Shown one piece after another: positions 1-9,891 of a DNA stretch of 64,000 bases. The notes below the pieces were generated by a model. It saw only the letters and a list, made by a program, of their open reading frames with translations, did no database searches and had not been told where the DNA came from. This DNA is from an uncultured Gemmatimonadaceae bacterium (GTDB lineage: Bacteria > Gemmatimonadota > Gemmatimonadetes > Gemmatimonadales > Gemmatimonadaceae). Position numbers and translations under genes: made by a program. The stretch is from the NCBI GenBank assembly GCA_963781585.1, contig CAWAGQ010000006.1, positions 160,001 to 224,000 on the forward strand, given 5' to 3'. The first letter of the stretch is position 1, and every line of letters begins with the position of its first letter.

Positions 1-821
1 CGGCCGTGGCCAAGATGTGGAACACCGAGATGGGGTGGCGGATCGTCGACGACACGGTGCAGGTGCGCGGCGGGCGCGGCTACGAGACGGCCGACTCGCT
101 GCGCGGACGCGGGGAGAAGCCGATTCCGGTGGAGCGGGCGATGCGGGACTACCGCATCAACCTGATCTTCGAGGGGTCGTCGGAGATCATGCGGCTGTTC
201 ATCGCCCGCGAAGCGGTCGACAAGCACTTCGCGATGGCGTTCCCGATCGTCAGCCCGGATTCCACCATGTCGCAGCGCCTGTCGGCGTTGGGCAGTTCGC
301 TGCCGTTCTACGCCTCGTGGTATCCGGCGCGGTGGCTGTCGGTGCTGCGGCCGCGCTCCTACCGGGAGTTCGGGCGGCTGGCGAGGCACCTGCGGTTCGC
401 CGATCGCGCCACGAACCATCTCGGGCGGGCGCTCTTCCATGCGATGATCCGGTTCGGCCCGAAGCTGGAGCGACGCCAGATGGTCCTGTTCCGGGCAGTG
501 GACATCGGCGCCGAGTTGTACGCGATCGCCGCGGCGTGCGTGCGGGCGCAGATGCTCGCCCGGCGAGGGCAGCGCGAGGCGGTCCGCCTGGCCGACGTCT
601 TCTGCCGCGAGGCGCGTGAGCGCATCCGCAAGCGCTTCGGGGAACTGTACGGCCGGAACGACGTGACAGTGTATCGGCTGGCGCAGGAGGTGCTGCGGGG
701 CGAGCACGCCTGGCTGGAGCACGGGATCGTGGGGACGGGGTCGGACGCGCCGGCGCCCGCGGCCTCGCGTGAACCGGCCGCGTCGCGCGCGGCGCGGGAG
801 CCGGCGGGCGTGGGGGACTAG
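1..821 (+). CDS. Acyl-CoA dehydrogenase family protein, C-terminal part (5' truncated by window edge)
   Basis: AKMW...VQVRGGRGYE...ERAMRDYRINLIFEGSSEIMRLFIA matches the ACAD C-terminal signature, followed by a VLCAD-like extension. Confidence 0.9.
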   Translation, partial: AVAKMWNTEMGWRIVDDTVQVRGGRGYETADSLRGRGEKPIPVERAMRDYRINLIFEGSSEIMRLFIAREAVDKHFAMAFPIVSPDSTMSQRLSALGSSLPFYASWYPARWLSVLRPRSYREFGRLARHLRFADRATNHLGRALFHAMIRFGPKLERRQMVLFRAVDIGAELYAIAAACVRAQMLARRGQREAVRLADVFCREARERIRKRFGELYGRNDVTVYRLAQEVLRGEHAWLEHGIVGTGSDAPAPAASREPAASRAAREPAGVGD

Positions 822-924
822 CCGGTCGTCCGGCACCTCGAATCTGCGTCCCGATCCACCCCCGGGTCGGGGCCCGGCGTTCGTACTGCAACTCGTCAGG
901 CTGCGCCGCTCGGCCGTCCTCCGA

Positions 925-2307
925 TCAGCCGAGGTGGAGCAGGCGGCGCGCGATGCTGAAGTAGGTCACGATGCCGAGGACGTCGACCAGCGAGGCGACG
1001 AACGGCGACGAAGCCACGGCCGGATCGAATCCGATGCGCCGGAGCAGGAGGGGGAGCATCGCGCCGAGGACGGTGCCGGCCAGGATGACCGTGAGCAGTG
1101 TGAGCGCCACCACGATCGCCATGTCCAGGCCGGCGTGCCACATCAACGCGCGCAACAGGCCAACACCGCCGAGGAATCCGCCGAGCAGGAGCCCCTGTCC
1201 CAGTTCGCGCCGCAGCACGCGGAGCACATCGCGCAACTCGATGTCACCCACCGCGAGGCCGCGCGTGATCAGGGTGGCCGACTGTGAACCGGAGTTGCCG
1301 CCGGAGCTGATGATCAGTGGGACGAAGAACATCAGGGCCGTGCTCGCCTCGAGCAGCTGCTGGTATTCGCGGAGCGCCGTGCCGGTGAACATCTCCTCGA
1401 CGAAGAGCAGAATCAGCCATCCGCCCCGCTTGCGCAGCACGCTCCAGAAGCTGGCGGCGAAGTAGGGCTCCTCGAGGGGCTGGACCGCACCGAGGCGCTG
1501 CACGTCCTCGGTCTGCTCCTCCACCATGGCGTCGATGACATCGTCGACGGTGATCACGCCGACGATGCGGCCGAAGCCGTCGACCACCGGGACCGCGACC
1601 AGGTCGTACTCGGAGGTGAGGCGGGCGACCTCGGCGCGGTCGGCGGAGGTGGGAACCGAGAGGATTTCGGTGCGCATCACGTCGGCCACGGTCGCGCCTT
1701 CGGGCGCGGCCACCAGCTCGCGAAGCGACAGCACCCCCACCAGCTGCTCGTCCGTGTCCACGACGTAGATGGCGTGCATGGCTTCGTGACGTCCGCCACG
1801 CGCAGTGGCCCGGACGGTGGCCAGCGCTTCTTCGATGGTGAGATTGCGCGCGACCGAGACGAACTCGGTCGTCATCAGCCCGCCGGCAGTGTCGGGCTCG
1901 TACTTGAGGAGGCGTTCGGTCTCCTGCCGTGCTTCAGCCGAGAGATCGGAGAGGATCTCGTCGGCAGTCTCCTCCTCCAGCTCCTCGAGCACGTCGACGC
2001 GATCGTCGGGATTCATCTCGGCGACGAGCTCGGCGGCCTGTTCGGTGCTCATCCGCTCGAAGAGCTCGGTGCGGAGCTCTTCGTCGAGGTACTCGACGAC
2101 TTCAGCCGCGCGCGCCGCGGGGAGGGCGCGCAGGAATTCGAGCGTGCGTTCCGGCGGCATCGCCTCCGCCACGTCGGCGAGATCGGCCGGGTGCATTTCT
2201 TCGGTCTCGACGGCGACGTCCTGCGGAGACTCGGCGAGCAGGGCGAGAATATCCGGGGCGAGCAGGGCCGCGACGGGACGGTCGGAGCTGTGCTGTGGTG
2301 GCGTCAT
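925..2307 (-). CDS. mgtE: Magnesium transporter MgtE
   Basis: MgtE_N acidic helices (MHPADLADV), CBS pair (TAGGLMTTEFV), TM motifs SSGGNSGSQ, DPAVASSPFV and SLVDVLG; start placed at ATG 2307. Confidence 0.93.
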   Translation of the reverse strand: MTPPQHSSDRPVAALLAPDILALLAESPQDVAVETEEMHPADLADVAEAMPPERTLEFLRALPAARAAEVVEYLDEELRTELFERMSTEQAAELVAEMNPDDRVDVLEELEEETADEILSDLSAEARQETERLLKYEPDTAGGLMTTEFVSVARNLTIEEALATVRATARGGRHEAMHAIYVVDTDEQLVGVLSLRELVAAPEGATVADVMRTEILSVPTSADRAEVARLTSEYDLVAVPVVDGFGRIVGVITVDDVIDAMVEEQTEDVQRLGAVQPLEEPYFAASFWSVLRKRGGWLILLFVEEMFTGTALREYQQLLEASTALMFFVPLIISSGGNSGSQSATLITRGLAVGDIELRDVLRVLRRELGQGLLLGGFLGGVGLLRALMWHAGLDMAIVVALTLLTVILAGTVLGAMLPLLLRRIGFDPAVASSPFVASLVDVLGIVTYFSIARRLLHLG

Positions 2308-2521
2308 ACGTCGTGTCCGGACAGTGGCTTGCGAGGCCGGTGAGGAAGCGCGCGGGCAAGTTAGACGTGTCGCTGCGGCGGTACAAGAACGGCTCATCCC
2401 CGGTTCCCAACCTTTCGCATTGGATCGGTGTCGCATTCACGTCTGGTGCGGGGCGTGGTGGTGGGAGGGGGATCTACAATCCCGTCCGGCCCGACGTCCT
2501 CCCGAATTCATCCCAAGCCCG

Positions 2522-5077
2522 ATGCGCTCTCTCCCGATCGTTCTCGCGGTCAGTCTCGTTGGTGGCGGTCCGGTGGCCGCGCAGCAACTCGTCAGGCATC
2601 CAGCCACCGCTCCCGGCGCTCCGGCGGTTGCGATCGCGCGCGCGGTGAAGGCGCCGGACGCAATCGTCGTCGACGGCAAGGACAGCGATTCGATCTGGCG
2701 GGAGGCGCCGGTGGTGGACGGGTTCCGGATGTTCGATCCGGTGGAGGACGCCAATCCCACGATGCGGACCACCGCACGGTTCGCCTACGATGCGCACAAT
2801 CTGTACGTCCTGGTGCGGGCGTTCGATCCGCACCCGGACAGCATCATGGCGCTTCTCTCGCGACGGGATGAGCGCACCCAGTCCGACTACATCCGGGTGA
2901 TCGTGGACTCATACCACGACAAGCGCACCGGCTACGAGTTCATGGTCAATCCGGCAGGCGTGAAGCGCGATCTCTACCTGTACAACGACACCCAGGAAGA
3001 CGCGTCGTGGGACGCCGTCTGGGATGTGAAGACGACGATCGATTCGTTAGGGTGGGTGGCCGAGTTCCGGATTCCGCTGAGCCAGTTGCGGTACCCGCGC
3101 TCGGAGACACACACGTTCGGCGTGGCGGTGCACCGTGAGGTAGGGCGGCTCAACGAGCGATCCAGCTGGCCCCTCTGGCGCCGGTCGCTGTTCGGCATCG
3201 CCTCGCAGCTGGGCGAGGTGGAGGGGCTGACGGGTATCGCCGCCCCGCGCCGGCTGGAGGTGCTGCCCTACTCGGTGCAGACCAACGAAAGTGTGGTGCG
3301 AAACCAGGGATTCGGCCGAACCCAGCGCGGCACGGTGGGCGCCGACATCAAGTACGGTCTGTCGTCCAACCTGACACTCGACGCCACCGTGAATCCGGAT
3401 TTCGGGCAGGTCGAGGCGGATCCGGCGGTGCTCAACCTCTCGGCGTTCGAGCAGGTTTTCGGCGAGCGGCGCCCGTTTTTTCTCGAGGGTACGGGCATCC
3501 TGCGGTTCGACCAGGACTGTAATGATGGGAACTGCACCGGACTGTTCTACTCGCGCCGCATCGGTCGCGCGCCGCAGCTCTCGGGTCTGAGCGCCGATCC
3601 GAACGCGGTGCCCACGGCGACGACCATCGCCGGAGCCACCAAGCTCACCGGCCGATTCGCAAACGGCCTGTCGGTCGGCATCCTCGATGCCGTCACCCTG
3701 CGGGAGTCGGTGGGCGACACGCTGACCGTCGAGCCCCGGACGAACTATCTAGTGGCGCGGTTCAGTCAGGATCTGCGCCAGGGGAAGAGCGGCATCGGCG
3801 CGATTCTCACCGCGGTGAACCGGGATCTCGACCCGCAGAGCCGGCCGTACCTGCGCCGCGAGGCGTACACCGGCGGCATCGACCTGCGCCATCGCTTCGC
3901 GCGCGGCGGGAACTACCAGTTCAGCGGCAACGTGGTCGGAAGCCTGGTGCGCGGATCGGCGGGCGCGATCGCCATCACCCAGCGCAGCTCGGTGCACTTC
4001 TACCAGCGTCCCGACGACAATCTGCGCTACGACACAACCCGCACCAGTCTCTCCGGATACGGCGTCAGTGTCGGGTTGAACAAGGTTGGCGGCGGCATCA
4101 CGCGCTTCTCCACGGGCGGCTGGTATCGTTCGCCGGGGCTCGAGATCAACGACGTCGGGTTCATGACGAACGTCAACAACATGGGCTGGTCGAACTGGTT
4201 CGCCTTTGTCTTCCAGAAACCGAAATCGATCTACCGCAGCCTGCAGATCAACTTCAACCAGTGGAACAATTTTCTCCCCGACGGCAGGACGACCGGAATC
4301 GGCGGCAACGTCAACGCCAACGCGACTCTCAAGAACATGTGGTTCGTGTATGGCGGCATCGGCGGGTCGCGATCGGCGTATTGTGCGTCGTGTCTGCGCG
4401 GCGGGCCGCTGCTCCGCACGACGCCGCAACTCAACAGCTGGTTCGGGTTCTCGGGCGATTCCCGGCATGCGCTGGTGCCGGGGGTCGATGGGGGATACAA
4501 CCGCGGTGACGACGGCCGGTCGTCTTCATTCTCCTTCGGGCCGTATCTCAATGCCCGGATTGCCAGCCGGTTCTCGATGACGGTCGGAGCGTCGTACAAC
4601 CGCAACGTGAGCGACCGCCAGTGGCTCGGGAACTACGGGGACATCGGGAGCGATACCACGCACTACACGGTGGCGCACCTGTCGCAGAAGACGCTCTCGA
4701 TGACCACCCGGCTGAATTTCACCGTCAGTCCCGCGCTGTCGTTCCAGTTCTACGGACAGCCGTTCGTGTCGTCGGGCACCTACTCGGACTGGCGCGAGGT
4801 CACGAACCCGCGGGCGACGCGCTATGGCGACGCGTTCGTCCCGTTCACCCAACAGGGCGATCCGGGCGCCTTCAACTTCAAGCAGTTCCGCTCCAATACC
4901 GTGATCCGGTGGGAATACCGTCCGGGGTCAACCCTCTTTCTGGTCTGGCAGCAGGGGCGCGAGCAGAGCGACCTCGACCTCGGCGAATTCAGCGCCCTGC
5001 ACGATTACCGGAACCTCTTTGGGGCCCACCCGCGGAACACGTTCCTGGTCAAGGCGAGTTACTGGCTTTCGTTGTAG
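2522..5077 (+). CDS. CBM9-like domain + DUF5916 secreted/outer-membrane protein
   Basis: Signal peptide, VDG...W, WVAEFRIPLSQLRY, LDATVNPDFGQVEAD, ERRPFFLEG, FYSRRIG, C-terminal KASYW. Confidence 0.8.
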   Translation: MRSLPIVLAVSLVGGGPVAAQQLVRHPATAPGAPAVAIARAVKAPDAIVVDGKDSDSIWREAPVVDGFRMFDPVEDANPTMRTTARFAYDAHNLYVLVRAFDPHPDSIMALLSRRDERTQSDYIRVIVDSYHDKRTGYEFMVNPAGVKRDLYLYNDTQEDASWDAVWDVKTTIDSLGWVAEFRIPLSQLRYPRSETHTFGVAVHREVGRLNERSSWPLWRRSLFGIASQLGEVEGLTGIAAPRRLEVLPYSVQTNESVVRNQGFGRTQRGTVGADIKYGLSSNLTLDATVNPDFGQVEADPAVLNLSAFEQVFGERRPFFLEGTGILRFDQDCNDGNCTGLFYSRRIGRAPQLSGLSADPNAVPTATTIAGATKLTGRFANGLSVGILDAVTLRESVGDTLTVEPRTNYLVARFSQDLRQGKSGIGAILTAVNRDLDPQSRPYLRREAYTGGIDLRHRFARGGNYQFSGNVVGSLVRGSAGAIAITQRSSVHFYQRPDDNLRYDTTRTSLSGYGVSVGLNKVGGGITRFSTGGWYRSPGLEINDVGFMTNVNNMGWSNWFAFVFQKPKSIYRSLQINFNQWNNFLPDGRTTGIGGNVNANATLKNMWFVYGGIGGSRSAYCASCLRGGPLLRTTPQLNSWFGFSGDSRHALVPGVDGGYNRGDDGRSSSFSFGPYLNARIASRFSMTVGASYNRNVSDRQWLGNYGDIGSDTTHYTVAHLSQKTLSMTTRLNFTVSPALSFQFYGQPFVSSGTYSDWREVTNPRATRYGDAFVPFTQQGDPGAFNFKQFRSNTVIRWEYRPGSTLFLVWQQGREQSDLDLGEFSALHDYRNLFGAHPRNTFLVKASYWLSL

Positions 5078-5154
5078 AGGCCAAAGCCATAGGCCATAGG
5101 CCAGAGGCCATAGGCCAGAGGCCATAGGGACAAAGGCCATAGGCCATAGGCTGA
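5078..5154. repeat. Tandem heptamer array AGGCCA(T/G), about 11 degenerate units
   Basis: aggccaa-agccat-aggccat-aggccag-aggccat-aggccag-aggccat-agggacaa-aggccat-aggccat-aggctga immediately after the stop codon. Confidence 0.9.
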
Positions 5155-5301
5155 AGGCGTGGCCCTCCGACTTCCGTTGACGATGTCGTGGCGGCGGACG
5201 ACCTTCCCCGGGGAACTCACACTCGCGGCGCCACCAGCTTCTGGCGCTCCGCTCGCGACCACCCGCGGGCAGCGATCCGTCAACGCCTAGTCCCCTACCG
5301 C

Positions 5302-6186
5302 ATGCGCGTCGCCTTCCTCGGCTTGGGGGCCATTGGTGCGCCGATGGCCCGGCACCTCGCCACCTACGAGCTCAGTGTCTGGAACCGCACCGCCGGTACC
5401 GCCGAAGCCTTCGCCAGGGACACGCGCGCGCGCGTGGCCCGGTCACCGCGCGATGCGGCCAATGGCGCGGCCGTCGTTGTCACCTGTCTTCCGACGTCGC
5501 GCGAGGTCGAAGCACTGCTGGATGGCGACGACGGCCTCTTCGAGGCGATGGACCGCGGATCGACGCTCGTGGACTGCACCTCGGGCGACCCCGCGACCTC
5601 GCGACGCATCGCGCGCCGGCTGGCCGACCGCGGCGCGGATTTCCTGGATGCACCGGTGAGCGGGGGCGTGTCTGGCGCCGAGAAGGGGAAGCTCACCGTC
5701 ATGTGTGGAGGCGACGACGACGTCTTCGCACGCGTTCGCCCGGTCCTCGAGACATTCGGCGAGAAGATCGTGCTGTGCGGGCCGGTGGGGGCCGGGCACG
5801 CGGTGAAAGCTGTCAACCAGGCGATGCTCGGCGCGCATATCTGGGCGCTGTCGGAAGGTCTCGTGGCCCTGCAGAAGGCCGGCGTTCCCACGCGGACCGC
5901 GCTCGAGGTGATCAATGCGTCGAGCGGCCGCTCCAACACATCCATGAACCTGTTCCCCGACCGCGTGATGACGCGCGCGTTCCCGCGCACGTTCCGGTTG
6001 GCGCTGCTGGACAAGGATGTGCGCATCGCCGCCGACTTCGCGCGCGAGCACGGAGTTGGATCACCGCTGCTGCAACTCACGGCCGAGCTGCTCCGCGTCG
6101 CCCGACATGAGTTGGGCGAAGACGCCGATCACGTGGAGACGGTGAAGGTGGTGGAGCGCTGGGCCGGGGTAGAGATTGGCCGCTGA
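5302..6186 (+). CDS. NAD(P)-dependent oxidoreductase, 3-hydroxyisobutyrate/beta-hydroxyacid dehydrogenase family
   Basis: FLGLGAIGAPMA Rossmann motif, FLDAPVSGG, GAGHAVKAVNQ with catalytic Lys. Confidence 0.9.
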   Translation: MRVAFLGLGAIGAPMARHLATYELSVWNRTAGTAEAFARDTRARVARSPRDAANGAAVVVTCLPTSREVEALLDGDDGLFEAMDRGSTLVDCTSGDPATSRRIARRLADRGADFLDAPVSGGVSGAEKGKLTVMCGGDDDVFARVRPVLETFGEKIVLCGPVGAGHAVKAVNQAMLGAHIWALSEGLVALQKAGVPTRTALEVINASSGRSNTSMNLFPDRVMTRAFPRTFRLALLDKDVRIAADFAREHGVGSPLLQLTAELLRVARHELGEDADHVETVKVVERWAGVEIGR

Positions 6187-6217
6187 TCGCTGAAGCTGAC
6201 GACCTGCCAGACGAGAA

Positions 6218-7480
6218 ATGACCCACGCCACCGAGCCCGATACGACCGTCGCGACCACCGAACAGATCCGCACCCGCTTCCCGGCGCTCGAGCGGATCCA
6301 TGCCGGACATCCGGTTGCCTACTTCGATGGGCCGGGCGGGACTCAAGTGCCGACCGACGTCGTGGACGCGATGACGGACCACCTCTTCCGGCATAACGCG
6401 AACACGCACTGGCACTATCCGTCCAGCGAAGAGACCGATGCCGCCATCGAGGCGGCGCGCGGCGCGGTGGCCGATTTTCTGGGCGCCCGGCCTGACGAGG
6501 TATCGTTCGGCAACAACATGACCACGATCACTTTTCATCTTGCTCGGGCGCTGGCGCGCCGATGGAAGGCGGGCGACGAGGTCGTGGTGACGGAACTGGA
6601 TCATCACGCGAACGTGGCGCCGTGGCGGGCCCTCGAACGCGAACACGGCGTCGTGGTGCGGAGCATCCCTTTCGATACCGACTCGGGCGAACTGGATCTG
6701 GACACGCTGGCAGGCATCCTGTCGAAGAGGACTCGCCTGCTCGCGATCGGTGCCGCGTCGAACGCCCTCGGCACCATCAGCGATGTGAAACGCGCCGGAG
6801 GGATGGCGCACGATGCGGGCGCGCTGGTGTTCGTGGACGCGGTCCATCTTGCCGCGCACGCCGCCATCGACGTCGCGGATATGGATTGCGACTTCCTGGC
6901 ATGCTCGGCCTACAAGTTCTACGGTCCGCACGCGGGATTTCTCTACGGCAAGGCCGATCTGTTACAGGCCCTCGATGTGCCGAGGCTGGAGCCGGCGCCC
7001 GACACCATTCCCGAGCGTCTGGAGACCGGCACGCAGAATCACGAAGGGATCGTGGGCACGGGCGCCGCGATCGAGTTTCTCGCTGCCATGTCTCCGGGGG
7101 TCACGCGACGCGAACGGCTGCGCTCGACCATGGGGACGCTGCACGACCGCGGAACCGAAATTGCGGCGGCCATGTGGGACGGCCTTGGTCGAATCCGAGG
7201 GGTGAGGTGTTACGGCCCACCGCCGTCGCGCCCGCGCACGCCGACCATCGCGTTCGTCGTGGCTGGCATGTCGTCGGAGGGGGTCGCGGAGTGGCTCGCA
7301 CGGCGCGGTATCTTCGTCTCCCACGGTGACTTCTACGCCACGACCGTCATCGAACGCCTGGGGCACGCGGGTGACGGCGTGGTTCGGGCGGGGGCGGCCT
7401 GCTATACCACCGCCGGCGAAGTCAGCCGGCTTGTCGACGCCGTGGCCGAAGTCGCAACGGCGACCCGTCGTGACACGTAG
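6218..7480 (+). CDS. Cysteine desulfurase-like PLP enzyme (class V aminotransferase, VC1184/Rv3778c-like subfamily)
   Basis: YFDGPGGTQVP, DHHANVAPW, VDAVH, CSAYKFYGPH, ETGTQNHEG; SHGDFYA replaces the Cys-bearing loop. Confidence 0.85.
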   Translation: MTHATEPDTTVATTEQIRTRFPALERIHAGHPVAYFDGPGGTQVPTDVVDAMTDHLFRHNANTHWHYPSSEETDAAIEAARGAVADFLGARPDEVSFGNNMTTITFHLARALARRWKAGDEVVVTELDHHANVAPWRALEREHGVVVRSIPFDTDSGELDLDTLAGILSKRTRLLAIGAASNALGTISDVKRAGGMAHDAGALVFVDAVHLAAHAAIDVADMDCDFLACSAYKFYGPHAGFLYGKADLLQALDVPRLEPAPDTIPERLETGTQNHEGIVGTGAAIEFLAAMSPGVTRRERLRSTMGTLHDRGTEIAAAMWDGLGRIRGVRCYGPPPSRPRTPTIAFVVAGMSSEGVAEWLARRGIFVSHGDFYATTVIERLGHAGDGVVRAGAACYTTAGEVSRLVDAVAEVATATRRDT

Positions 7481-7558
7481 GTGGGGCACAGTCCAATGGG
7501 TCATACGTGGGCGTCGATGATGCCATCATCGTCGCCCGTTCCATACCTACAGCGATCC

Positions 7559-9841
7559 ATGAGATACCTCCCTGTCCACGGCCTCATCGCCGCCCTGCTG
7601 TTCTCCGCAGCGGCTGCGATGCACCCTGTCACAGCCACCGCATCCACCACCCGGTCGCGGTCGGAGGCCGCTGCCGATTCGGTTCACGGCATGGTTACCG
7701 ACAGCGCCAGTCGCCCCGTTGCCGGCGCTCGCGTGGCGCTGGTGGAGCTCGCCCGCGCCGTGGTCACCGACAGCGCCGGTGGCTTCGCGTTTTCCGACGT
7801 GCCGTCAGGGCGCTACACCATCACGATCTCGGCGCAGGGATTCGGGTTGTTCGGTGAGCAGGTCATGGTCGCGGGCGGCATGTCGCCGCTCCGCTTCACG
7901 CTGGCTGTGGGGGAACGCAACCTGCCGCGCGTGACGGTCACCGCGGTGCGGGCGGCGTCGCCGCTCGCCAATTCACCCCTCCCGGTTTCTGAAGTCGGGA
8001 GCGAGGATTTGCGGCGCGAGCATTCGGTGAGCCTGGCGCGCGCCATCGAGCGGGTGCCGGGGGTCCGGAGCCTAACGACGGGCGAGCAGATCGGGAAACC
8101 GGTGATCCGGGGACTGAGCGGCGCGCGGGTGCTGGTGCTCGACAACGGGCTTCGGCTGGAGGACTACAGCTGGAGCGACGAGGACGGCCCGTCGGTGGAA
8201 TCGCGTCTGGCGGACCGGATCGAGATCGTCCGGGGCCCGGCGAGCCTGATGTACGGGAGCGACGCGATCGGCGGCGTGGTCAACGTCGTCCCCGCCGAGC
8301 TGCCTTCGGCGGTCGGCACCGACGGCTTCAAACGCATGGCGGGAGAGCTGTACTTCGCGTCGAACAATGGAGAGTTCGGAACGGCGCTGCGGGCCGAGGG
8401 CGCGAGTGGACGGTGGGGGTGGCGCGGGTTCGTGGTCGGTCGGAGCGCCGAAGATCTCAACACTCCGGACGGCAAGCTCGACAATACAGGATTCGTGGCG
8501 GTCAACGGAGAACTGGCTATCGGGCACCACGGAAGCCGCGGTTCGTCGATGCTGCGGTACGTCCGCTATGGCGGTGAATTCAAGCTCCTCGAGGCCGGTG
8601 GACCGCCTCCCGGAGAGGAGGAGGGGGCAGGGCCGGAGCGAGTGCTGAGCGACGATCGCGTGCAGTTCGCGGGCAAGTACGTGCTCGGCGGGATGCGTCT
8701 GGATGTCCAGGGGCAATGGCAGCGGCACGATCTGATCGAGAAGTCCGACGATCTGGTTCCGCTCGGCGGCCCGCCTGACGCGACGGTCTTCGACCTGCTC
8801 CTCAACACGTTTACCGGAGAGGTGGTGGCCCATCGCGATTTCGGTACGGGGTGGACGGGGACGGCAGGCGCGTCCGGCGAGATTCAGTCCAACGACTCCC
8901 GGGGCATCGAGCCGATCATCCCCGATGCGAACCTTCTGGCGGGCGGCGCGTTCGCCTTCGCCGAGTACACGGCATCGCGATGGAACCTGCTGGGCGGGAT
9001 TCGCGCCGACGCACGCCGGCTGTCGAACGACGCCAACGCCGACCTGAATCGTCCCGCCGCCACGCGGAAGAGCGGAGCGGTGAGCGCGGATCTCGGGGCG
9101 GTATTCCGACTCGGCGGCGGCTTTGCGCTGACGGCGAACGCGGGCCGGGCGTGGCGCGCTCCCACCCTGTTCGAGCTCTACGCCAACGGCCCGCGCATCG
9201 GCGAGAACCGGTTCGAGATCGGCGACTCCAATCTCGACCCCGAAGCGAGCTTCAACGTGGATGGGGGACTGCGGTGGGAGCACGACGAGGTCAGCGCCGA
9301 AGTGTCGGTGTTCCACGACGACATCCAGAAGTTCATCTTCATCGCGCCGACGGGGACGCAAGCGAGTTCGCTGCCGGTCTATCGCTACGAGCACGCCGAC
9401 GCGACGCTGACGGGCGCTGAGGCCGCCGCGGAAGTGCAGGCGACCGCCAACGTGACGCTGCGTGCGCGACATGATTTCGTGCGCGGAACGAACAACGAGA
9501 CCAACTCGCCTCTTCCGCTCGTTCCGCCGGCACGATCCGGTGGGGAGGTGGAGCTGCACGGGGAGAAGCTCGGTGGGTTCTCGAGTCCCTCCCTTGGCGT
9601 GGAGGTCGAATACAACGCCAGGCAGACGAGACTGAGCTCGTTCGATACACCCACGGATGGGTACACGCTCGTGAATCTCGAGGCAGGATTCGGCGCCGCC
9701 CTGGGCGGGCATCAATTGCGGTTGGCGCTGCGCGTCCGCAACCTGACCGACGAGGCGTACCGGTCGTATCTCAGCCGGTACAAGGAGTTCGCGCTGGATC
9801 CGGGTCGCAACATCGTGGTGCGGGTATCGACCGGGTTCTGA
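7559..9841 (+). CDS. TonB-dependent receptor with N-terminal carboxypeptidase-regulatory-like domain
   Basis: Signal peptide, plug motifs KPVIRGL and IEIVRGPASLMYGSDAIGGVVN, RAPTLFELYANG, C-terminal GRN...GF. Confidence 0.9.
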   Translation: MRYLPVHGLIAALLFSAAAAMHPVTATASTTRSRSEAAADSVHGMVTDSASRPVAGARVALVELARAVVTDSAGGFAFSDVPSGRYTITISAQGFGLFGEQVMVAGGMSPLRFTLAVGERNLPRVTVTAVRAASPLANSPLPVSEVGSEDLRREHSVSLARAIERVPGVRSLTTGEQIGKPVIRGLSGARVLVLDNGLRLEDYSWSDEDGPSVESRLADRIEIVRGPASLMYGSDAIGGVVNVVPAELPSAVGTDGFKRMAGELYFASNNGEFGTALRAEGASGRWGWRGFVVGRSAEDLNTPDGKLDNTGFVAVNGELAIGHHGSRGSSMLRYVRYGGEFKLLEAGGPPPGEEEGAGPERVLSDDRVQFAGKYVLGGMRLDVQGQWQRHDLIEKSDDLVPLGGPPDATVFDLLLNTFTGEVVAHRDFGTGWTGTAGASGEIQSNDSRGIEPIIPDANLLAGGAFAFAEYTASRWNLLGGIRADARRLSNDANADLNRPAATRKSGAVSADLGAVFRLGGGFALTANAGRAWRAPTLFELYANGPRIGENRFEIGDSNLDPEASFNVDGGLRWEHDEVSAEVSVFHDDIQKFIFIAPTGTQASSLPVYRYEHADATLTGAEAAAEVQATANVTLRARHDFVRGTNNETNSPLPLVPPARSGGEVELHGEKLGGFSSPSLGVEVEYNARQTRLSSFDTPTDGYTLVNLEAGFGAALGGHQLRLALRVRNLTDEAYRSYLSRYKEFALDPGRNIVVRVSTGF

Positions 9842-9891
9842 CGGGGCGCCTCTGCCGGTCGAGACACGCGCCGCCCGTATATTTGCGGGCA

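Noticed and set aside
2308..2521. M-box (Mg2+) riboswitch upstream of mgtE
   Set aside because: No recognisable ykoK consensus in this short divergent intergenic region.
5078..5154. CRISPR array
   Set aside because: These are 7-bp tandem units with no spacers, and there are no cas genes. No repeat-spacer array was seen anywhere in the window.
5150..5300. yybP-ykoY riboswitch or 6S RNA
   Set aside because: The resemblance is partial (GGGGACTAG, CGTCAAC on the minus strand). The GAGACC-type 3' motif is absent, no gene lies downstream on that strand, and the segment is too short for 6S.
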